In this document: positions 12,641-23,445 of the stretch, piece by piece
Layout: every line of letters starts with the position of its first letter
Numbering within the stretch: position 1 is the first letter of the stretch
From: Octopus sinensis
Taxonomy: Eukaryota
Direction of reading: 5' to 3'
DNA: 64,000 nucleotides
NCBI RefSeq assembly: GCF_006345805.1
Contig: NC_043012.1
Location: forward strand, 20,956,001-21,020,000
Notes under the pieces: model-generated
Told to the model about the DNA's origin: nothing
Database searches by the model: none
Seen by the model: the letters and a program-made list of their open reading frames with translations, nothing else
Translations under genes and position numbers: made by a program

Positions 12641-13276
12641 GATAAACAGCAGCACACTACACGTATTATATTTGATCACCATAAACAAGACATTCGTGAA
12701 GATTTTTCAGCAAGAAAATTCAGAACCTTCTTTCTCGAACTACGTAAGACTACCATCAATCAATATTTGTATGTCATATCATCTGAGTCGTGAAAGAGAA
12801 GGGTAAAAGTACTTGAGATATGTATTTTAGCCTGGCTCGCTAAATACAGTAAGATTCTGGTGACATGGATGGGTTCAGTGTCCGAATGTGGGACGCGATG
12901 CTTTGCATCTATTAGCAGGGAGAATAAGCAAAATGCTTATCCTCTCTGGTATTGCAGCGCAAAAATGTTGATAGGGAAGGCATTAAGCAGGTGGTCAACT
13001 ATTTCAACTGGTCGCTCTAATACCGAACGAATTTTGCCGAACTGCTAACTTACGGAGACGTAAACTCACCAACACTGGTTGTCAAGCGGTATTGGGGGCC
13101 AAACGCAGATACAAAGGCAAACTCTCACTCACACACCTCATACACACACCTCATACACACACACACGCACAAAAAAGTACGCATCCACATACAAAGAAGC
13201 ACACACACATATATCTACAGCAATATATACATATATATATGTATATATATATTTATATATATAAACATATACATAT

Positions 13277-13316
<40 letters not shown>

Positions 13317-13338
13317 GTAAACATATATATATATACAT

Positions 13339-13399
<61 letters not shown>

Positions 13400-13470
13400 A
13401 TAACATCAGGGTAATACCAGTGGCCTAACGTAGAGAAAAATTTGTCAATAGACTATATATTATTCATTTA

Positions 13471-13541
13471 AAATACAGTGTACATTTAAACACATTAACC
13501 TCCTATGATGGAAACCTCTTAATGTTTTTAAATGTACACTG

Positions 13542-13546
<5 letters not shown>
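13471..13546. repeat. Short fold-back inverted repeat abutting (TA)n
   Basis: Arms aaatacagtgtacatttaaacacattaa (13471-13498) and ttaatgtttttaaatgtacactgtattt (13519-13546), one mismatch, 20-nt spacer. Confidence 0.9.
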
Positions 13547-13581
<35 letters not shown>

Positions 13582-13583
<2 letters not shown>

Positions 13584-13870
13584 CGTGATCACGTGACCGA
13601 CCAGACCATCAGATGTTGTTACACATCGCTGGTCACAATGCGTTCGCATTGTTTTAGCCTTCGAATGACGCCACCCCGCTGGCTAAGCGAGCAGGCCAAC
13701 TGAAGAAAGAGTGGTGAAGGAGTACAGCAGGGATCACCACCCCTGCCGGAGCCTCGTGGGGCTTTTAGGTGCTTTCGCTCAATAAACACACACAACGCCC
13801 GGTCTGGGAATCGAAACCACGATCCTACGACCGCAAGTCCGCTGCCCTAACCACTAGGCCATTCCGCCTC
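13582..13870 (-). mobile_element. tRNA-derived SINE, family D, with RTE-like 3' tail
   Basis: Minus-strand head ggaggcggaatggcctagtggttagggcagcgg...gtggtttcgattccc (A and B boxes). Tail ...ctggtcggtcacgtgatcacgttat into (TA)n. Confidence 0.85.
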
Positions 13871-13906
13871 CTTTTATATATATATATATATATATTCGCC
13901 TCCATA

Positions 13907-13944
<38 letters not shown>

Positions 13945-13973
13945 GCCTCCATATATATATATTATATATATAT

Positions 13974-14616
13974 AACGTAAAGTGTACTAGCCATCTGAAT
14001 GTGGCTAGCCACTGGGGGTGGGGTGTTACTGACGCTTTTAGCCCCAGGAGATCAACGTCACCAGCTGGCCTTAGACACAATTTTAGTGCCCTTGTGTTAT
14101 TTGCAAAGGGAGGTCATCCTCCCTCGAAAACCTAAGTGATACATACGGACTATAGTTTCGAGGTAATTGCCTCTCGTCAACGCATGGTAAACACCGGTTT
14201 TCGATGAAGGAGACCTTTGCAAATAATAATATTTAACGTTTTTCACAGCAACCACAGTCACTTATTTAGAAAAACTGTCTGAAAGCATTAATAAATCTCT
14301 GAACGAGATGTAAACAGTAACCGCTCGACAACGTAAAGTGTACTAGCCATCTGAATGTGGCTAGCCACTGGGGGTGGGGTGTTACTGACGCTTTTAGCCC
14401 CAGGAGATCAACGTCACCAGCTGGCCTTAGACACAATTTCAGCAAATAACTCAAGGGCACTGAAATTGTGTCTAAGGCCAGCTGGTGACGTTGATCTCCT
14501 GGGGCTAAAAGCGTCAGTAACACCCCACCCCCAGTGGCTAGCCACATTCAGATGGCTAGTACACTTTATGTTGTCGAGCGGTTACTGTTTATATCTCGTT
14601 CAGAGATTTATTAATG

Positions 14617-14619
<3 letters not shown>
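13974..14619 (-). mobile_element. Retrozyme-like non-coding element: ~1.3 head-to-tail copies of a 356-bp HHR-bearing unit plus a 160-bp 5' fold-back arm, inserted in (TA)n
   Basis: Direct repeat beginning at 13974 and 14330. Inverted arms 14283-14442 and 14460-14619 with a 17-nt spacer. HHR at 14142-14186. (TA)n on both flanks. Confidence 0.8.
14142..14186 (-). ncRNA. Type I hammerhead ribozyme (near-canonical)
   Basis: Minus RNA CAUGCG-UUGACGA-GAGG(CAAUUA)CCUC-GAAA-CUAUAG-UC-CGUAUG. Stem I has 6 bp, stem II 4 bp closed by G-C, stem III is the palindrome ACUAUAGU, the triplet is GUC, and the core has a C3>U variant. Confidence 0.85.
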
Positions 14620-14661
<42 letters not shown>

Positions 14662-16383
14662 TTATATTCAAATGAGGATAAACCATAACAGTTGTGAACT
14701 TTTCGATGAAAGGTAGGATACTTTATCTGTCTTTCTATGGCCAAGATTACAGTTGTGAGACAATCGTTTCAGAGAGAGATTAGCCAGGTTATATTTTGTA
14801 TTATCTTTTGAACGTTGCTCAACATTGCATCACTTCCTTATAAGTGAATGTTGAACGTTTTTAAGCTAATATCTCAATGTATAAATATATATATGCAGTG
14901 TGTTAAAGTGTGTTTCAAGATAGCACTTCATTGAATGTCGTTTGTAAATGTGCACCGCGTGCAAATGAACTTCGTTAAGACGTCCTTGTAATAATCCAAA
15001 CCAATACAATTATTTGAACACAACGCTACAAACTATTGCAACACTGATTACAGACTTCCCAGTAATATTAGGTATTATGTGTACCCACATACAAAACTGG
15101 TGGTAAATATATCTAGGCATACTGGGTTAAAACTGTTGTCTTTCAACTGAATCCTGCACAGCTCTTTTAACGCACTTTGTTCGTATAGATCTTTTATTAA
15201 AAGTCGAAATGTATCGCTGAGCAAATAGCTTACATAAAACATATGTTGAAATTAGATAAACGAAATTGTAATTAGATTCGATCCCACATTTTCTGAGGTG
15301 TAAATCATATAACACTGCATATTTCTTCCAGTGTTACACGTAGAGATAGGTTTAACGCTTAAATGCTTTTAATGTCCATACCATAAAGTGGTATGAAAGC
15401 AATAGAACAATTTCTACTATACAGGACAATTTTTGTTTATTTGTTCCGGAAATCTGTTGTCACTGCTATGGCGAAATAAAATCTAATCTGAAACAAACCA
15501 ACAAAATAATGTTCGGTGAATCACGAGATAGATGTCAAGAAATAATCATTGAGCGTTTCTTCTCAATTTAATGCTTTTGTAGCAAGAAACCAAGATTGAT
15601 AATCACTGAAAGAGAAAGCTGAAACTTAGTTCAGACCATATCACTTAATGACCATTAAGGGGAAAGAGAAAAGAGAATTTTGTGTCGAATTGTGGCTGTT
15701 AATGTTACTGCATATCCAAATGCGCATGTCTTGGTTTAAGGAGAAATTTCTATAGTTAAAGATATCCCCTTCTTGCAAAACGTTCGAATTTTATCTCTGC
15801 AGGTAACGCACAAAGAATTATTTTTCGATTCCCTCAGTTGTTTGAAACATACACTAATGTCTTGTCGAATACTCATATTTCATGTTGGTGAATAGTCAAT
15901 ACAGAACAATTGGACACTGGGGTATTATATATCGCCATGCTTTCATAAATATGCTAAATATTAACTACAATATATATGCTGTTGATGAAGATATAGATAT
16001 GGTGATATCATTCTCGAGATGATGTGAAATGAAATTTAGGAACATAATTCCTGTCGCGATTTCGCGTCTAGGTTGGAATCAATCTCATTCACTTCTAAGA
16101 CTGATGACTAGTGGTGTCAGCCAAATTATATATCAAGGATAAATTTTAATATGCTGTCCTCAATAACGAAAGAGAATTGGACACACCATTAAAGCTTTTC
16201 ATAATAAACATTCTCGACGAGAGCTGGCCTGAGAATGGACGAAAAGAATAGATAGCCATACCAAGAGGGCAGCAGAGTCAAATCCTCAGAAGCAATAAAC
16301 AGACTACAAGGATAGGGATCATCAGTGGAATGGTAACCGTTTATTATTGTTCTTATTTTCTTATTTTAACTCATGTCCATATG

Positions 16384-16435
<52 letters not shown>

Positions 16436-16438
<3 letters not shown>

Positions 16439-16771
16439 AATGGAAGCACTCCGTCGGTTACGACGACGAGGGTTCCGGTTGATCCGAATCAACGGAACAG
16501 CCTGCTCGTGAAATTAACGTGTAAGTGGCTGAGTACTCCACAGACACGTGTACCCTTAACGTAGTTCTCGGGGATATTCAGCGTGACACAGAGAGTGACA
16601 AGGCCGGCCCTTTGAAATACAGGTACAACAGAAACAGGAAGTAAGAGTGAGAGAAAGTTGTGGTGAAAGAGTACAGCAGGGATCACCACCATCCCCTGCC
16701 GGAGCGTCGTGGAGCTTTAGGTGTTTTCGCTCAATAAACACTCACAACGCCCGGTCTGGCAATCGAAACCG

Positions 16772-16772
<1 letters not shown>
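16436..16772 (-). mobile_element. SINE family D body with an alternative 3' tail; 5' part of the tRNA head missing
   Basis: Shares gtggtgaa.gagtacagcagggatcaccac...cgctcaataaacac...caacgcccggtctgg.aatcgaaacc with 13712-13820. The distal tail differs. Confidence 0.8.
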
Positions 16773-16824
<52 letters not shown>

Positions 16825-17108
16825 TTAATAAGGGTGAGAGAATTAGATACTAATTTAATAGTATATCTAGGCCACTTGGTGTTGAATAGATATACTATTA
16901 AATTAGTATCTAATTATCTCACCCTTATTAATTAATTATAATTATGCTGCATTTATTTCTAAATGCTGTATTTGTTTTCCGTGAGAGTTTGGCGCGCTGT
17001 TAGTTGGGGCATTTGAATTATAACGTCGGATGTAATCAATTGAACCACACGCGTATTTATCGTTATGGTAAAATCTGGCGTGTGATTGAGTGGATTTCAT
17101 CCAGATAG

Positions 17109-17191
17109 TTTTGGCTGACGAGCTACAAATGGATTTTTTTTGTAAGTAAAATTACATTTAATTCATTAATAGCGAAACAATTGTCCCAAAA
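17109..17191 (+). ncRNA. Canonical type I hammerhead ribozyme, copy 1
   Basis: UUUUGG-CUGACGA-GCUA(long loop)UAGC-GAAA-CAAUUG-UC-CCAAAA. All core nucleotides are conserved, stem III is the palindrome ACAAUUGU, and GUC cleavage is predicted after 17185. Stem I extends via caga/tctg. Confidence 0.9.
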
Positions 17192-17642
17192 TAATCTGTA
17201 TTTTTGTTATTTTTTATTTGCCCTGTCCGTGTGAGCTAACAATCGTACTGACTTTCATGGGAAACATGTATTTTCGTGGTTGAAACCTTTTGGATTAACT
17301 GGTGCTTGAGTGAGCCATATAGTGACCACTCTCTTATATTTATTTTGTAAAAATATTATAAATGTTATAAAATATTATAATAATCCAGGTTTCTCGGAGC
17401 ACTAGGCCACTTGGTGTTGAATAGATATACTATTAAATTAGTATCTAATTCTCTCACCCTTATTAATTAATTATAATTATGCTGCATTTATTTCTAAATG
17501 CTGTATTTGTTTTCCGTGAGAGTTTGGCGCGCTTTAGTTGGGGCATTTGAATTATAACGTCGGATGTAATCAATTGAACCACACGCGTATTTATCGTTAT
17601 GGTAAAATCTGGCGTGTGATTGAGTGGATTTCATCCAGATAG

Positions 17643-17724
17643 TTTTGGCTGACGAGATACAATGGATTTTTTTTGTAAGTAAAATTACATTTAATTCATT
17701 AATAGCGAAACAATTGTCCCAAAA
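17643..17724 (+). ncRNA. Type I hammerhead ribozyme, copy 2
   Basis: Same as copy 1 except the stem II 5' strand reads GAUA instead of GCUA (one mismatch). Predicted cleavage after 17718. Confidence 0.85.
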
Positions 17725-17868
17725 TAATCTGTATTTTTGTTATTTTTTATTTGCCCGTCCGTGAGCTAACAATCGTACTGACTTTCATGGAAACATGTAT
17801 TTTCGTGGTTGAAACCTTTTGGATTAACTGGTGCTTGAGTGAGCCAATAGTGACCACTCTCTTATATT

Positions 17869-17908
<40 letters not shown>

Positions 17909-17944
17909 TATTATTATTGTTGTTGTTGCTGCTGTTATTAATGT

Positions 17945-18365
17945 GGCAAGCCGGCAAAATCGTTAGCACGCTTGGCAAAGTACTTAGTGATATTTCGTCT
18001 GCCACTACGTTCTGAGTTCAAATTCCACCGAGGTCAACTTTACTTTTCATCCTTTTGAGGGTCGATAAAATAAGTATGTAATCGACTTTACCCCCCACCC
18101 ACAAAATTGCTGTCCTTGTGGCAAAATTTGATGCGATTAGTATTGTTGTTGTTGTTGATAGTCGGTCAGCTGGCAGAATCTTTAGCACGCCAGGTAAGGT
18201 GCTTACCAGTATTTCGACCCTCTTTATGTTCTGTGCTCAAATACCACCGAGATCGACTTTATCTTTCATCCTTTCGTGGTCGATAAAATAGTACCGGTGA
18301 AACACTGGGGACGATATTAAAAACTAAGCCCCCTCCCCCAAATTTCAGACCTTGTTCCTTTACTA
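17945..18365 (+). mobile_element. Two adjacent diverged SINE family B copies
   Basis: ggcaagccggcaaaatcgttagcacg...gagttcaaattccaccgaggtcaacttt, and cggtcagctggcagaatctttagcacg...gagatcgactttatctttcatcctttcgtggtcgataaa. Confidence 0.8.
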
Positions 18366-18527
18366 GAAAGTATTATTATTTTATCATTATCATCATTATC
18401 ATTAATAGTCGATCCTTGAGCAACAATAAACTTCTGCTCAATAATAATAATGATTATAATAGTTCGTATTTGTATTTGATTTGCAAGATTCTTGATGTGA
18501 ATTCGGGTTTTGAAAGAAATAGCATTG

Positions 18528-19052
18528 AACCTTGGTGGGGTGGGGAGGCATTGTGCCGGTAATTATAAACACACGCACTGGTTCGGTCCCTTATTGTCAT
18601 TGTTACTTAATGGGTTAGTTACTCCGTTAACCATTTTATCGATTTTGTCCAAACAGTTAATCGTTCAAATGTTCTGTATTGTTAGAGTTGTCACTTCTTT
18701 TTTTATTTATTAAATGATTATTTCATCGCATTGTTGCAATCTCTTCAGTGACACGTCTCTCTACTTCCATTTCATTACAATCGAAGTAAAGAGACGTGTC
18801 ACTGAAGAGATTGCAACAATGCAATGAAATAATTATTTGACAAGAAAAAAAGAAATAACAACACTAAAAATTCTGAACATTTGAACGATTACCTGTTTGA
18901 CCGAAGTGTTTAACATATGAGTTTGAAAAACAAGTAAAAAACCGGCTGATCGATAAATTGGTTAACGGAGTAACTAACCCATTAACTAACAATCAAGGAC
19001 CGAACCAGTGCGTGTGTTTATTATTACCGAGATAATGCCCCTCCCCAGGTTA
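18528..19052. mobile_element. Diverged fold-back element with hammerhead motifs near the centre (PLE pseudo-LTR-like inversion)
   Basis: Arms of about 240 and 270 bp flank a 15-nt spacer (18768-18782). The left arm lacks about 45 bp. An HHR reads outward on each arm. Confidence 0.7.
18798..18841 (+). ncRNA. Minimal type I hammerhead ribozyme
   Basis: GUCA-CUGAAGA-G-AUUGCA(ACAA)UGCAAU-GAAA-UAAUUA-UU-UGAC. Stem III is the palindrome AUAAUUAU and the triplet is AUU. A degenerate mirror copy lies on the minus strand at about 18707-18750. Confidence 0.7.
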
Positions 19053-19099
19053 AATATGCTTATAATAATTATGATAAAAAATAATAATGATAATAATGA

Positions 19100-19455
19100 A
19101 AAGAAACAGCATCGGAGGGGCGATGCATACACTTCCTGCGAACACAATAATAGAATAAAATTTAAATGAGTAATCGCAGACGAATTTATATTTCAACAAA
19201 ATTACATCAACAATTATTTCCCCTATTTATCGTGTGTGCATATGTAACAAAGAAAGAAGAAAAAAAAACATTTTAATTCACCCGTCCGCCAGTTTTGAAG
19301 ATAATCAAACGAAAATGACGAGTTCGAGCCATTCACCCAATGAGTATTTCAGCCAAATTTGGTGAAATTCCATTCAGCCGTTTTCCAGTTATTTTGCAAA
19401 CACACAAAGTCGAGCGACTAAAACACCTTGCTTTCGCTTACGCGCACAGTGTAAT
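19100..19455. mobile_element. Possible non-autonomous Helitron/Helentron-like repeat
   Basis: Motif ccaaatttggtgaaattccattcagccgtttt resembles internal motifs of such elements. Ends acacttcctgcg and cgcgcacagtgt are weakly inverted. Confidence 0.3.
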
Positions 19456-19482
19456 GAAAATAAAATTTTAAAAAATCATAAC

Positions 19483-20030
19483 GCCCTGATGCAGTACCAA
19501 GCAGAGTCTTTCATGGCTTCTGGTCTTAACTCATTGAAAGTGTTATCATTTACATGCTTTTCTTGGTATAAATGATGAACTACAGAAAATATTCTGTTCA
19601 ATACAACAGATTTACCTGTCAGTTGTTTGACCTTAACCAGTTGAGCATGTCCCTTGGTGGTGAAAACATGTGAGTCTCTGATCACGAGCAGAAGTAGCCG
19701 GGGAGCATCATAGCCATGTGTGGAGAGGAATGTTTTGAGGTTTGAATAATTCACCTCTTGAAATATGGGTATTTCATTCAACATCCTCAAACAAGTCATA
19801 TTCAAGGACCTTTTGAATGGGCTAGGCTACTCGAGCAGAAGAAAATTCTTACTGAGCTCCACCTGCAAAGTTATGCGCTGTTTATCTTGATATGAGATCA
19901 CCATGTCGCGCACATATGGTTGTGATACCTATGTCTGATGTACCATTATCAGACAGGATGTCATGATGGGTATATTGGACTTCGTATATTTGTACCCCAG
20001 TGTCATTTTGATGGCATGCGCTGCTCTCTC
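19483..20030 (-). mobile_element. Full-length ~550-bp non-coding element associated with (TAA)n
   Basis: Reverse complement of 37680-38199. Ends gccctgatgcagtacc and gctgctctctc, the latter followed by (AAT)/(GAT)n. Confidence 0.85.
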
Positions 20031-20050
20031 ACTAAATATTAATAATAATA

Positions 20051-20098
<48 letters not shown>

Positions 20099-20127
20099 GG
20101 GGTGGTGGTGATGATGATGATGATAAA

Positions 20128-20184
<57 letters not shown>

Positions 20185-20853
20185 TCTACTGAAATCACAA
20201 GGCCTAAATTTGAATTATATATATATATATTTATTTTCATCGGCAGAAATGTTCAAAAGAAATTTTCGTTTGTCTATGTTTTTTCTGCGTGCACTTGTGT
20301 TCGTGTGCGCACGCGTATGTATGTCTGTGTGTGTACGTGTCTCTGTGGGTTTGTGCGGTTGTATCAATGATTGATTATCATATATTTAAATATCGATATT
20401 TTGTGCACAGTTTTGAATCAAAAACACATCGTATGAGGTGGAAAAGCATAAAAACACGAAAACAAAAAAAAAAGGATACCTAACATTCTGAAAGTAAATA
20501 CGAAAATGGCAATGATATTAACTTTTTACCATTTGCATCTCCAATAGCTACTGATAATGTAAATATACCAGCAATGGTAATAACATGTAAAATTGGATGT
20601 GGAAGCAATGTTGCATTGTGATTTTTGCCGTCACTACTTGCAAGTCTTTATCGACATGAAATGAAAGCAGCGGAGCAAAGAGATTGAACACCTCCCCAGC
20701 CTTCTCCAAGTGACACATATTCCTAGTATTTAAACATTACTGTGATATAAAGAAACACTTTACAACACTCTCGCTAATTAAATTTGCAATTAGTGTAACA
20801 TGCTTCTTAATTTATATTTTTCGTATTGTTTTTTTTTTCTTTTTATCTCGTGC

Positions 20854-21085
20854 AGGCACGGGTGTGGCTGTTTGGTAAGGATTTTGGTTTCTAATCACCG
20901 GGATTTCAGTTTCAATCTCACTGCGCAGGGTATTGAGCAGGTGTCGTCTACAATATCCCGGGTTGGACAAATGAGTGGATTTAGTAGAAGGAAACCGAAA
21001 GAAGCCGCTCGTATATATGTGTGTGTTTGTGTCTGTGTGTGTATGTGTGTTTATAAAATATATATATACGTGCGTGCATGTTAAC

Positions 21086-21149
<64 letters not shown>

Positions 21150-21432
21150 TGTGTGTGTGTATGTGTATGTGTGTCTGTGTGTGTATCTATGTAAATATCT
21201 ATTTGTATCTGTGTGTCTTTGAGAATGAGTTTGTCGCCCACTACTGCCTGACAACTGGTGTTGGTTTGTTGACATCCGAGTCACTTAGCAGTTCGGAATA
21301 AGAGAACTATTGAGCAAGTATTGGGGTGAAAAAAAGAAAATACATCCGTGGATTCTTTCGACAAAATCCTTTCAAGGCGCTGCACCAGTATGGCCACGGT
21401 TCAAATGACAGAAACAAGCAAAATACAAACTA
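20854..21432 (+). mobile_element. Diverged SINE family A with expanded internal (TG)n
   Basis: aggcacgggtgtggctgtttggtaag...gaaaccgaaagaagccgctcgtatat...gacaactggtgttggtttg...ccagtatggccacgg. Confidence 0.75.
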
Positions 21433-21474
21433 TAAGAAAGAATTACTAGAGTTGCAGGATACAAGATGTGTGTG

Positions 21475-21506
<32 letters not shown>

Positions 21507-21605
21507 ATACATGCACATACACACATACATACATACATACATACGTACATATATATTTATATATATGTATATATACATATATATATACCTACACACACAC
21601 ACACG

Positions 21606-21653
<48 letters not shown>

Positions 21654-23164
21654 CATATATATGTATATGTACATATCTAGCTAGCTAGATAGATAGATAG
21701 ATAGATAGATAGATCAAGATATGAATATAAATATATATATACGCACACACACGCACATACACACACGCGCATACACACACGCGCATACACACACGCGCAT
21801 ACACACACGCGCATACACACACGCGCATACACACACGCGCGCGTATATGTGTATGGGAGTGTATAAATGTATGCGGTTGTGAGTGTATATAAGTATATGT
21901 GCGTGTGTGTGCGTATACGATTGTCACCCATGGAATTGTGTGTGTATATGAACCTGAAATTACGGTAGCGTATTCCTGTTCTGTGCATTACCCAACGGGA
22001 TCGAATCGATATTCCCAGGCAAATTCCACACCAATACACTCATGGAATGTGCTGATGTCTAATTGCATCTAGAAGTAAAGATATGAGTGACGTGTTTTGG
22101 ACATTGATTGATAAGAGTGATACACTAGCGGAATGGAAATAAGGTTGAGACTGGAAAAATCGATAGACTAGTACCTTATCCATTTCGGCAGTTTCGATTA
22201 ATCATTAAACGATATTTTATGAAATGAAGTTTACTCTCGATAGAATTTAATTGAAAAATTCATGAAGCACCAATTTTAATCATTTTTCAACGGTCAATGC
22301 AAAATTCTCCTATGGTAAATTATGAAAACTAAAGTAAAATATTAATGAAACAACAACGTACTGAATATATTAACAAAACAGTAAAATGAAATATAATTGT
22401 TATAAATAAATTAATGTATGCAACAAAAGAATTAATATCCGGTATGTCCAATATTGTAATTATTTTTGTGAAAAGAGGTAAATAAGCAACACAACGAAGC
22501 AGGAAGGAAAATAAATAAATACGAAAGGACATCAACTAAAGTAACCCATACTTGAATAACATATGGTGAGAACGTTAAGAGTAAATATAAACAGGATAAT
22601 AAGCAAGGCAATACAAACAACCTCAGAAAAGGATAATAAACAGAACTTATAAGAAACAGTACAAATAATGAAACATAATTAAAATAAAAAGCAAATTCTT
22701 AATTAATAATGAGATACTAGAGAGAAATACATGAAAAAAATAAGAAGTCTGAATGATAAAACACGAAGCAGTTAATGTCCTTTAACATATTACAAGATAG
22801 TGAAATGTCAATGAAGATTCACAGGGCGTGTTACATAATCAAAGAAATATAGTAAATACGAGTTTGGTAGGGAATTTCTACGCGATTATCAAACCCGTCA
22901 GAAAACAGCAGCCATGTTTCCATCAAATAACACCCAACTGTTTTATTCAATGAAAGTTCACTGGATAATTTTTTACTGGTGCATAAACATGTATGATCGT
23001 CAAACTTGGCACTATGCTGCCAAGGTTAACTAGAGTGGAGAGGAAGGGGTTAAATAATAATAATTCTGAGATCTATTATCAGAATAACCTCAGTGGCAGA
23101 CGATATAAGCCAACTGAGTGAAAGAATAATAGAATAAAAAAAAATATTGCTTTAATGTACATAC

Positions 23165-23445
23165 TATCTCTATCTATCCGCTCAGTCGAAGTCGACTCTC
23201 GGTTACTCGTTGGATCAGTGTCCTCCAGTCAGTTCTATCCTGGGCCGCTTCTTTCAGATTGGCTATGTCCATTCCGGTATCACTCTTGATGGTGTCAAGC
23301 CAGCGGGTTCTTGCTCGGCCTCTTCCTCTCTTTCCACTGACCATTACGAGCATGATGTCCTTCTCCACTATGTTGATATATCAGCAAGGTCATTGAAGTA
23401 TTCGAATGACAGTATGGAAGAATTTGCACCCAGCCGTCTCAAATA
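23165..23445 (-). mobile_element. 3' end of an RTE-clade LINE with (TAGA)n tail
   Basis: ORF 23174-23368 EKDIMLVMVSGKRGRGRARTRWLDTIK...DRTDWRTLIQRVTESRLRLSG* is a typical RTE C-terminus (GxRxRGRP..W...DR..W). Same family as 34622-34830. Confidence 0.85.

Larger units (their letters stand above)
16816..17875 (+). mobile_element. Retrozyme-like non-coding element: ~1.9 tandem copies of a ~533-535-bp unit with two hammerheads plus a ~54-bp 5' fold-back arm, inserted in (TA)n
   Basis: Unit starts ctaggccacttgg at 16867 and 17402. Inverted arms 16816-16869 and 16887-16940 with a 17-nt spacer. HHRs at 17109-17191 and 17643-17724. (TA)n on both flanks; no ORF. Confidence 0.85.

Noticed and set aside
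19483-19560. Possible HDV-like ribozyme at the end of the (TAA)n-associated element
   Set aside because: I could not assemble P1/P2/P3 pairings by eye; a descriptor search is needed.
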